64,000 nt of DNA, from NCBI GenBank assembly GCA_977030845.1, contig OZ365114.1:20460001-20524000 (forward strand). The letters are read 5' to 3'. A program made the translations under genes and the position numbers. This document shows, one piece after another, positions 52,319 through 62,880 of the stretch (its first letter is position 1; every line of letters begins with the position of its first letter). A model generated the notes under the pieces. That model did not search any database and had not been told where the DNA came from. It worked only from the letters and a program-made list of their open reading frames with translations. This stretch comes from Fimbriosthenelais zetlandica. Taxonomy: Eukaryota.

Positions 52319-53764
52319 ATGGAGAGATGCATTCCTTCCATCTTATTCCTCTTCCTCGTCTATTTTCCAATATCTTCCGTTTCGCGTGGAGACCTGACTG
52401 GCAGGGGATCTGCTGCCAATGGAGAGGCCACATCAAGCCAGCTGCTGGTTTATAATGAAGCTAGACGGCAGGTGGTGCTACACCAGGCCACATTAGATAA
52501 ACTAGCCTCCCTCCCTGGTCCCCTCCATGTCATCACGGCCATCGGTGACGCCAGGATTGGCAAATCAACTGCCTTCAACGTCATGGCCGCCATGCTGATG
52601 AGCAAAGACAAGAAAGGCAAGATCAGTTCAGTCCCTTCACTCTTCAGCGTTTGTCAGAGCCTTGAGACTTGCACGAAAGGAGTATGGGTGCACACTTTGC
52701 CTTTACAGGAGGGAGGGCACTTAGTCATGCTAGATGTGGAGGGGACAGACCTTGGCAGAGACATGATCACAACGCAATTCAGCCTTCTTACTTCTTTGCT
52801 ATCATCTGACGTCCTTGTATTTTTGAAAGAATCCTTTCCAAAGAGGACTGGGATATTCCTCCATGAACTGGCTAGGTTGAAGGACCGACTACAGGCACAT
52901 TCAGACCAGGTGCCTTCTGACCAGGCACTTTATGTGATCATTAGAGATCCATTAAAACCACCCCAGGATGTCTCCCTCAAGACTTATGTCACCCAAGTAC
53001 TGAGTGACCCCACCATCTGTATTGATGTGGTTGATGACTCTGAGTGTAGATTACTGGGGAAACATTACCCACTGAGTCAGGTCAATGTCTACTCCATGCC
53101 TTACGTCAGTCGCAGGCATCAGAAATCTTTCGAGTGGGCCCTGAAGGACAAGACATATTTAAAAACAGTGGCATCTCTAACTTTTGAGATCAAAAACCAC
53201 ATTGATGTATCTGTTGGCACTGAAACTACAGGCATGGTCTTTGCTGGGATTGTTAGAACTTTCATACAGACGTTAGTTCAATCAGAAAGTCAAACCAACG
53301 GCCCAGCAGTGGATACGAGTGAGCAAGAACCCAATAGATGCCAAATGACCACACCTGACCCAGACCAAGAAACAGAACTGTTAGACGTTGAATCCATGTC
53401 CACGGAAGATATGGATGAGTCGTCATCGCGGGTAGATGAACCACTGAAAGTGGGATCTCTAGAAGTAGAAAAAATCATCAAATCTCCATTTGAAACAATG
53501 GGACCTGGAGTGTATAGCTTCGTAATGAACAATGTGCTGAGAATGAAACCCTCACCACAACCAAGTCAAGCTCAGGGGAAGAAGAAGTGGAACAGAGAGG
53601 AGGAGGATGATGATGAAGATTGCAGGGGTGGTGTAGGTAGTGGATGTGATAAATCAGCTAGTGGTCAGACCAGAATGACCAAATGGGGTAAAGCTATACA
53701 CGAGTTCATAGATGATATATCAGATGCTCTGGATGATTTTTTCAGCAGTGTCCTTGCTGAGTGA
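52319..53764 (+). CDS. Guanylate-binding protein/atlastin-family large GTPase domain protein with N-terminal signal peptide-like segment, 481 aa, single coding exon
   Basis: G1 GDARIGKS (with the GBP-type Arg), G2 CTKGVW, G3 LDVEG, G4 IIRD; hydrophobic N-terminus MERCIPSILFLFLVYFPISSVS; acidic C-terminal tail. Confidence 0.87.
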   Translation: MERCIPSILFLFLVYFPISSVSRGDLTGRGSAANGEATSSQLLVYNEARRQVVLHQATLDKLASLPGPLHVITAIGDARIGKSTAFNVMAAMLMSKDKKGKISSVPSLFSVCQSLETCTKGVWVHTLPLQEGGHLVMLDVEGTDLGRDMITTQFSLLTSLLSSDVLVFLKESFPKRTGIFLHELARLKDRLQAHSDQVPSDQALYVIIRDPLKPPQDVSLKTYVTQVLSDPTICIDVVDDSECRLLGKHYPLSQVNVYSMPYVSRRHQKSFEWALKDKTYLKTVASLTFEIKNHIDVSVGTETTGMVFAGIVRTFIQTLVQSESQTNGPAVDTSEQEPNRCQMTTPDPDQETELLDVESMSTEDMDESSSRVDEPLKVGSLEVEKIIKSPFETMGPGVYSFVMNNVLRMKPSPQPSQAQGKKKWNREEEDDDEDCRGGVGSGCDKSASGQTRMTKWGKAIHEFIDDISDALDDFFSSVLAE

Positions 53765-55965
53765 GAACTAGAAACACTGTCTTAGAGACAGCCTATTAAT
53801 GAAATGTATGATCATCTTCTATTATTTTACTTTGAATGGAACTTTTAATTGTCCGTTGGCTTTGCTAATATTTGCAGCCATGCATGATGAACCAAAGAAC
53901 GAATATTTCAGTTCAGAAGGCCATTGTACCGAGATCATGAAAGATAGGTGAATCTGTGAGATCCAAGTGAACGAAATGACATGAACTGCGGATACAATAC
54001 CAGCTCCCATTCTGACATAACGATCTCATTATATAGTTTCTTCGTAAGAGTTGCTTCTTTGAGTTGGAAATTCCATCGACTTTGCTGAATTAATAGTTGG
54101 ATTTTACTTTGGACCAGGATCTTACATACTATCATTATAGTCAAAGTAACACGATCATTTGAATTACTCTTACTCCTTCACCTTCAAAAACCTTTCATCC
54201 TGCTATAAGCTTCTTTTTACCTTCACATAAGCTTCATGGTAATCCCTTTTCACATGATCTTATGAAGTTTTTTTCACATCTTCAAGATTCCACCACATAC
54301 TGAAACTATTTTCAGCTAGCCTCACTTAGCAAGGCCTGATATTTCTATATATATTATACATGGATATCAAGTATTTTCCACACAATTGGTCATATATTGC
54401 TTCCAGCGAACAGTACTGCTTGTGATAGAACTTTGACATTTGTGCTCTGTATTAATTAGTGCCTTTCTGCAGTTACTATTTCAGTGACTCTCAAGTATTT
54501 TCGTGCAAGTGACTAAGGTGTCGAAATATATGTCATTGGTTTGTAATTTTTGAGGTATTCTTTTTGGATATGAACATGCTCTAGATTGACAATGTGGAAA
54601 TTCCTTATATTAATCAACCTTTCTTTTATCACTTGTTAATTTCATGCAACCTACCATTCATCACAAGATTTAAATCATGTCAATGAAGGATTGTATTTAT
54701 TATTAAATCATCATTGTATACATGTACATACGCTCCAACCATTAATAATTTCTGTAATATTGGGAATATCCACACGGTAACAATAAACAAAATGCTCAAA
54801 ATGACCTTGATGATTTCTTCCTAAAGGACTATTTTGCTCGTAATGGTATGAGACATCTTCAGGAATAGTAGGATATCTTCACGGTAGGAAAATTGTTAAC
54901 TATTTACTTAAAATAAAACAGAAAACAAAGAGACAATGATGTTCCAAATCATCAGCTCTGGCACAGCAGAGCTAATTAAACATAATGTGAAGCCCCTAGC
55001 AAACTGCCACTGTATTACATAACAAATACCTGTTACTTTCAAATAGGAGTCTAATAGCAAGTCCCATGAATTAAAAAATAGACACAAATCAAATTTTTCT
55101 TCTAGAGGACATATACAATGTCATCATATAGTTATAAGGATTGTCATGAGAACGATAAACGATGAATAAAAAGTTGGTTGGAATTCTTTCAGGCATGGGA
55201 ATTACTGTTGGGGAATGCGGTTAACAATGCCCTGCCACATAGTGGCTCAAAGAACCAAGAATTGTAATAAAAATAAACCAAAAACCAAATAAATTCTGGC
55301 CCCTAAAATTATGCTTCATTCTTGAAGTGAATGTACACATACTATTACAATATATACAAATCTATAACTATATAACAATAGAATAAAAGCTGCAATGAAA
55401 TGGGACTTTCAAATATGATGTCAAATACATGTATAACTCAATAGACAAGAGAATATATTCATTGAGCGCAATATCTGTAGGAAAAATCACTTAAGTATAT
55501 AATAAGTAAAACCAATTTAAATGAAAAATAGTATTATATATCAGTAAATAATAAATTTTAAGCACTGTTCCCTTTGTCATGATCAGTTGGAGGTATAGGT
55601 TGGAGAGGATTTCATATAAATGGAAGTGACTGCGACTATAATGGTAAATTGTATGCCAAATATGACCGGCTATTTTTGAATGGTATACCATAGTTATAAG
55701 TCTCAGGATACAATGTATTTTATATGGCAAGTTCTGCATGCAAAAAAATAACAAAATATAACCAATTAAACAAATGATCTCAACATAATACATTTGAAGA
55801 AATAGGAAGAATTTAAACCAATATCATACAATACTTATTTCATTTACCCTTTTATATTGCTTCCTATAATTTTGGTGACATTCTTATCCCATTCTAATGT
55901 TTTGACAAGATTTACAAGTCATTGGTTTTTTAAGTTTTTTTATACACTGATGTATTTAATAAGGA

Positions 55966-57956
55966 CTAAGGATTGTTGTTGGTATCGACCAGTAGATGTC
56001 TAGGGAAGCTAAGTGGGGCACTTATAACACAGTGGACATTTTCAGGATAGGGCGGCAGTTCCTCCACCTCCAATGTTACCACATTCTGTCTCTTACATCG
56101 AAAATCCTTCTCATCCTCAACAAAACTGATAAAATAGACCCAGGGTGGGTTGACTGCTGGCCGGGCCACCCCAGCCAGCGAGCCAGCCGGGGCCACTATC
56201 TTAGTCCATTCATTAGTTATTTGATTATAACATTCTATACTTTTATTACAGCGGTCTACAGCATATATATTGCCAGTGACTGATAACATAACATGGCCGG
56301 CATGAGGTAGTAACATGGGTGACTTGTCCTCCCATGTGTCTGATCCAGGATCATAGGACCACACAGTCATCACTGTTTCATCTTCAGTTCTTCCACCTGA
56401 CACATATATCTTCCCTTCATGTTCACAAGCAGATGCTGATTTCCTAGGTTGAGGTAGAGGCGCTATAGACTTCCATTCATTCTGATCTACACTATACACT
56501 TCACACTTGTCTGTGGGGGGATGGTCTATGCTCAGGTCTAAAGGACTGCCTCCTCCAAAGGCGTATAATTTTTGATTGAAGGCCACGAGTGGGAATGATT
56601 GTCTACGGGTTGCCATGCGGGCTATTCTCGTCCAGGTGCCTGTACGAGGATCAAATCTCTGACAGGTGGCCCTGGCATGTGCCGGTCTACCCATCCCACC
56701 ACACACATACAGAAAGTTATCCATCACCACCACGGCTGCGTACAGAAAGTTAGTATCCGCACTGTCCAGTTGTAACCAGCGACCGTCATGTAGAGCGAAC
56801 ACTTTATTACAGTTATGTTTATATCCAATATGAAGCCCGTAGCGGCCACCAAGGGCCACCATACATGGCTCATTCCTCACTTGTGTCCGAGCATTCTGCA
56901 TGACGGGGTGTCTACTGGGTAAGACATGGTAATGTAACGCCTCGTCCAGGAAAGCTCGACACTTGGGATCCGACATCACATAAGTTTGAGAAACCTGATC
57001 TACAAGTTCCTCTGGCTTCATCATGGCAAAACGGATGTGTTCAAAAACTTCAGACACATTAAGACTCCTCTCTGTGCGGTCGTAATCCACCCAGCGTACC
57101 ACATGGTGGAAGAGGTCCAGCTCGCACGACACATTCAACCGACTGCTCTGAAGGATGGCTCGCAGATGCTCTCGATGCATCTTCATAAACTGATCTGAGT
57201 CGACAATCTTGTCAAAGTGTTCTATCACAAAATCCAAGGCCGAGTCCTTCACTCCAACAAGGGCGAAGGTCTCGGCTATATTCAGAATATCAATACAGGT
57301 CTTGTAATGGATTTCACTGATGAGGAATTGACAGCAGAGCTGAATGGCTGAACTCATTTGGAGGTGGCAGGCTCCAGCCAGTGCCTCCATGATGTCTTCT
57401 AGGTTGAGACGGAGCCTCCCTGTGTAGGCAAAGTCCAGTAATATACTCATAGCATTGGCCGTCACACCCTTCAACTCCACATGGTCCTGCCGGGCCTCCA
57501 TCATCGAACCTGAAATTAAGAGTTCAATAGTTAATCAACATGCTGCAGCAGATCCAGACGAAATTCAACACAGATATTAGAGTTTATTTAAAATATATGA
57601 GCTGGTTTCTATCTAAATTAAAACAGAACAGAGAGTCAATGTTAGAGATAGTTTGTGGAAAATATTCATTAAAATAGTGGTCTTTAAACTAAAGTGTCAC
57701 CCTTGAGAGACAGGTACCACTTACCAGTGAGCATGGCTCTGAAGTAATCGCTGACCGCTGCCAGTACAGTCCTGTGAGTGCTGAATGACTGGCCCTCAGC
57801 AATGACTGTGTAATCACACAGTAGTTCTCCATGGTAGAGCTGGCGGAGGGTGCTGAGGATAGCACTACTGTGACCAGGCGAGGTGAGGGTACGGTGAGAT
57901 GGAGGGGTTCCCTCCGGGGTGTGGAGCCGCTTGACTGAGCCATTGTCAGAGGCCAT
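55966..57956 (-). CDS. KLHL26: BTB-BACK-Kelch protein, KLHL26-like, 591 aa, complement(join(55966..57509,57725..57956))
   Basis: BTB (HRTVLAAVSDYFRAMLTG|SMMEARQDHVELKGV), BACK (CELDLFHHVVRWV, HIRFAMM) and Kelch repeats with GG motifs; the phase-1 intron after RAMLTG is at the position I recall for KLHL26. Paralogue assignment is from recall. Confidence 0.85.
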
Positions 57957-59278
57957 ATCCTGACAAATATTAATCATTCATGTAATGATGTATCAATTAG
58001 AAATCCATTATTTATTCCACTCTAACGTGCAACGTTAATTCATGAAGTATTGGAGAGCACAGTAGCAAAGTAATACGATTGTTGCTTTCACATCGTTAAA
58101 TGAAAAATGAACGGACTGCTAGATTATTTAAGTCGATGATTAAAGAAAGTTCTTTCATTTAATTCAGTAAAAAAGGTTATCACGTCTTGGTTATTTTTGA
58201 GCCATTAGACTTATTGCACCTAGTCATTGAGAAGATTTTATCTCAAAGACAAGAAAGAAAAGCCATTAGTCTTAGGTGAATTAAAACCAGAAAGCGGAAC
58301 AAAAAATATGGCAGCCCACATTTCAATGTCAAAGACTCCACTATCACAAAAGTCCCAACCTCTTGTATACTGATGAATGGAACTGGTATAAGAAATACAG
58401 ACTGGAGATAAACACATTTTGAATGTTAGGCTTACTATTGTAGACTGTGTAACATAGTCTTAGGACAAATAAATTATCATATGCATGATATGGTTCTTTG
58501 AAATATAGGCTACGGCAACTTCCTTAATTTTATAACTTATTAAGTTAAGTTAAAACTTTAGTTAATTCTCTATTTTGAACAGGCCTACCTCAATGCCACT
58601 GCCACTGATTCCAGGACCAAAGCTGCGCAGATTAAGACGATTCGACATTTCAACCTGACAGGCCTTAGCCTTAGGTTTAGGGTTAAATGTCCTATTGGTA
58701 TTACTATTAGGCCTACTAGTATTAGGCTTAGTTCTATCAGTATCAGCATGGTAGATATCATGTATATGAAACCTTTGAAGATCACGGTGCAAACTGAAGG
58801 ATTGCCATGTGTAGTGAGGAATTGTTTCTCTGTTTGTCATGATAATATAAGTCTCCACACTCTTACCAACCTCTGGCCGTGAGAATTATGATCCACTACC
58901 CTGGCCCTGGGCCTTGGTAGGCTAAGGGACCAATGCTGCTGGCAGTGGAGCGCAACAAACTATTCGTGAGCTTAGTACCTTAGCTAAGTAGAGTATTAAG
59001 CTTATAAATCCCAACTCGCATAGACTTGAAAGGATCTTAACCTAGCAATGACTGTCCTCAAAAGTGAATACACAATACATGTCATGCTATTCAAGTGACA
59101 GCCGTCCAACTATTTGACCCCATCAGATAACACCTAGTCTACGCCTCCGCCTGTCGCGACGCCCCAACGGTTCTGAGACAGACTGGCGACACCTGAGAAA
59201 TTTACAGTTTCAGACGCCACACCGACAGGGAAATAAAATAAAAACTTCTTGAAACTAAAGGAGGTGATAAAAACTTAC

Positions 59279-59390
59279 CACATGTGCGATGTGGATCTCT
59301 TTGAGGCCCAGATCTAATAGATATTTGCCATAATTATGACGGAAAATAGCTCATCTGCCTTCACAGGTGCCATGACGAAAGTTTCTAATA
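59279..59390 (-). other. Probable non-coding first exon of the KLHL26-like gene (5' boundary approximate)
   Basis: Strong donor GTG|gtaagt at 59278 in a CpG-containing region; acceptor tttgtcag immediately before GATATGG at 57959. Confidence 0.5.
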
Positions 59391-59599
59391 TGGCGGGCGT
59401 GAGTCCCCTACATCATTAAAAATAAAAGTTTGTTCTGTATTATTGAAAGCGAATAGCTAAAGATTTCATATGGAACAATATTGCTAAATTATTTCCAATA
59501 ATTTAAAATGATAGGCATATTAGTTAGATACAACTATAGTTATGAATTCTTTTATTTTTGACATAAGCGGCCCCTTTCAGAAGAAGAGGAACGATGGGG

Positions 59600-59870
59600 T
59601 CACACATCGAAGGTCACATTCCTAAATGCCGCCTTTTGAACCTTCATCACCATGCATTTTCATTATGCATGGGTCAGCAGCAAGCTAAGGCTTCATATAA
59701 TCGCCTCTACAACACAACATGCTGGGATCAAGAGAAATATGTCACAGAAATTGAACTTTTACTGATGTATGGTGTCAGCGATACCGGAAGTAGAATTCTG
59801 ATTGGCTGTTGTAGTTCCTCACCTTGCCACCTGCTTTCCAGGGCGCAGCCTTATGGTCGGACAGTCCCAG
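59600..59870 (-). mobile_element. Decayed non-LTR retrotransposon ORF2 fragment (end of the endonuclease plus linker; Rex1/CR1-like)
   Basis: Frameshifted remnants LGLSDH...KVRNY, KFNFCDIFLLIP and KAAFRN(G)D appear in the order expected for the APE SDH motif and the following linker. Confidence 0.35.
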
Positions 59871-60134
59871 CTGGAAGCAAAGATAGGCCTACTAATATAA
59901 ATAGGATTTTTGCTGGAAAAGGTTAGTAATTCATGCTTTTCTATACGTAGGCCTACCTTATATGCTGTTATAGGCTATTGATCTTTCAAGGTAGGCCTTT
60001 AGAACCCTTTCCATGAATACAAATGTAGGGGGACTAGGCTACAACCACTCACCGGTTTTTAAAATCTATTTGGACCTCCATTGTGTTGTAGACTACGGTA
60101 GGCTGCCTTTAATTGAGTTAGGCCTACTGGTATA

Positions 60135-60299
60135 TAGTTCTCGGTTTGTCCGGTGGATGGATAGTGTCGTAGCCTACTAAATTTGGTCTCTGCGGAGCGT
60201 TCCTACGTCTACAAACACCGTCTGAAAATTCCTAGAGACGCCCCATTCACTTAGCCTTGAGCATTAGTTCTCGGTTTTGTCGGTGGTGGGGTAGTCGTA
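60135..60299 (+). repeat. Imperfect ~35-nt direct repeat pair (60135-60171 and 60265-60299)
   Basis: tagttctcggtttgtccggtggatggatagtgtcgta versus tagttctcggttttgtcggtggtggggtagtcgta. Confidence 0.6.
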
Positions 60300-60661
60300 T
60301 GGGACAGTTAGTTGTTGTCTCAGTTCCTTTGTTTGCCGTATAGGTGGCGAGGGCGCCACCGGACGATGATCGTTCCGACCACGCTTCCCGAGAGTGCCCC
60401 TTCGACACCCTGAAGCGTGAGCCAACTATGGGGGAACGGTCGGATATGGGGCGCCAGATATGGGGGTGAATTTTGACCTACTACGGTGGCCCCAAATTTA
60501 AAAAAATATAATTTGCGGTCCTTTTTCCAGAACCTTTTAATTCCAAAGCATAGGTAATGATCTAAGTCATTTATTATACTCGAAACTGACTTATTCACAG
60601 GAAAAGTAAGGGGTATGGTACTATGGAGAGTCGTGGTCACATCACGCTGCCATCTGTGATT

Positions 60662-61645
60662 CAAGATGGCGGACGAGTGAATGATGGTTGAGGTTGATTA
60701 CCGCTCCATAATACTCATTGCTGTGGAATTATACGGAATACAGACTTTATTATGTACACCATACTTAGTGTATGGTTTAAGGAACCGACCTGTGGAATTA
60801 TTGTGACATTGATTTACTGGAAATGCGAGGAAAAAGCAGTTTAAGTTCCAATATCATCGCCGTTCCTGATAACATGAGCGATAATACAGGTATATTACAC
60901 GACGACTCGCCTGGCTTTGGTAGCCAGACCAAAGTCAACTCTACTCCAGATGAATTACGTGCTATGATGAATGGAGTTCAAGAGTCTATCACAGCAAGTA
61001 TAAACAAAGCCACTGAGGACATGAAAAAGTCTTTATTGGACGTAATAAGTGAGACATTCTCCGCATTGTGTGACTGATAGCTTGAACTTGAAGTGAAGAA
61101 AGATGTGGATGAACTGAACACCCGTGTAGTCACACTGGAAGGCAAGGTAGAACATAAACATAAAGATAGCAGTAAACAGGGATCTGAATCTAATCTTACG
61201 GGACCTACAGGAATCTGCCGACGAGAAAATACACTCTGTGTTAGCCACTATGACTATGTTAAATGAAATAAATAGGGGCTTCATTTCCATATAGTTCAAC
61301 CCATGGAGCTACCAGACTCGGGAAATATCACACTTCACCGGGAGTCCACCTACAGGTAATTAGGAGAGAGTGTAGAGCAAGTAAAGATAAAGACCACAGA
61401 GGAATCGGATCGGATGAAGGACTATTACTTAAAAGAAACTGTCAAAGCCAAATTTCTTCAACATCCCAGTCTTGCTGATAACCTTATCTCATATGGGAAT
61501 TTCTACTGAGCCACGCGTGATACCGGGTATGAACTTTGGCTGTGGATTCGCCCTGACCCAAGCAAATCAGATAAATTCCAAACCAAATGTTAATATAATG
61601 GGTAAGATTCTGCAGGACATTAGTCGTGAATTAGGCTTCTTCTGA
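60662..61645 (+). pseudogene. Disrupted LINE-ORF1-like (coiled coil + RRM) sequence fused to the C-terminal half of a NADAR (YbiA/DUF1768) domain
   Basis: CAAGATGGCGG at 60662 and ATG 60874. Heptad-like LELEVKKDVDELNTRVVTLEGKV, then NL.RDLQES and ATRLGK (ORF1 RRM-like), then LGESV...KAKFLQHPSLADNLISYG, E...FGCG and NIMGKILQDISREL (NADAR-like). Several stops and frameshifts. Confidence 0.55.
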
Positions 61646-61840
61646 TTGATAATATATTTCTGATTATGGTGAATTCTCAAGTTGAAACTGTAGGCCTATA
61701 TGGTAGGCTATTCTGTTGTGATATGTCTTAATTCTGTATCATATAAATTATAAAAAAGATTGTGCACGTCATTAGTCGTATTGAAGGGTAATGCTTTAGG
61801 GCAGTAACGTTACTGATGAGTGAGTGGGAGACGGAATTAA

Positions 61841-62880
61841 TTGGTTGATAGTGTCCTGGCAAAGGACACAAGAAAACCAACTTCTGCCCTTCGTCGCACT
61901 GCAACCGAATACGGACAGCTCATTGCAGACAACCTTACACCTCCTTGCCAAAGTGAGATCCAACAGTTCAGGTGTGACTTAATGGCTGCAACTCGAGATC
62001 TCGGGAAAATAATTCCTGCTGTCAGGGCACTGGATCCAACAAGATTTGGGGAGTGTGAGAAAGGTACTGCACCAGACCATCTTCAAGATGAATATAGTGC
62101 CTTTGATGCTGCCATTGTACCCTCGGCAGACTATGAAGTTAAGACTGGGCCACCACTACCTCTAGCACAACATCCCTACTTCACATCTACGAATGTCGAC
62201 ATTGATGACCCAGTTGCTAGAAAAAACCTGGTTGAATCTTTAAGATTCACTCTAGATAAGTGTCACGTCTGCAGTTTCCAGTGGTAGACTACCTCAAGTG
62301 CACAGGAGATGCATTTGAACTATGCAAAGTAAAGAGAGGCTACTACTGCCAAGTGCAGATGGCTATGGCTTTGACATCTCTCACTGTTTGTGACTTCATT
62401 GTGTGGACCAGGAATGATTTTGTTAAAGTGACTGTCAACCTCGACCTGGAATATTGGTCAAGAATCGAATCCGCACTCGATGAGTTTTACAGGGACTTTG
62501 TCCTCCGCGCCATCATCTTTGGTCCACTCCCTGTTGCCCCCGACGATAAAACATGTGATGAAGGGGTCCATCAGCCCACACCAGATGTGCCATCTATTTT
62601 ACCCAAAGCTGTTACACAGAAGAAGACAAAGAAGCAAAAGACCACAGTTCAAGATGATGAGCAACCCCACAAAAGACGAAGGGTACATCACCAAAATGAC
62701 AGTGCTCTTTGTTTCAACAGAAGATGCAGGAAAGAAATTACCGGTGATGAAGTAGTTAAGTGCAGTTGTCACTGTTCATGCTGGAGGACATCTTGTGTAA
62801 CATGCAGTATTGTCCCAAGCACAAGTAAGGAGCAGGCTATGCCTTGGACATCTGCTGTGTGCCTTAAAAATTGTAACTGA
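61841..62880 (+). mobile_element. Internally deleted YqaJ/lambda-exonuclease-family ORF with C-terminal PHD-like finger, transposon-associated
   Basis: YYCQVQMAMALTSLTVCDFIVWT...DLEYW...LDEFY is the YqaJ C-terminal signature. The catalytic PD...EIK core is missing at the frame change near 62260-62287, and a Cys-rich tail follows. Confidence 0.6.

Noticed and set aside
53822-54330. Possible decayed coding sequence downstream of the GBP-like gene
   Set aside because: Multiple stops and no identifiable homology.
55996-57198. + strand ORFs at 55996 and 56986
   Set aside because: Antisense to the KLHL26-like exon.
58562-58858. 98-aa minus ORF and its open antisense frame
   Set aside because: Built partly from low-complexity ttagg/aggccta-like sequence (NPKPKAK); it lies in the KLHL26-like intron 1 with no motif.
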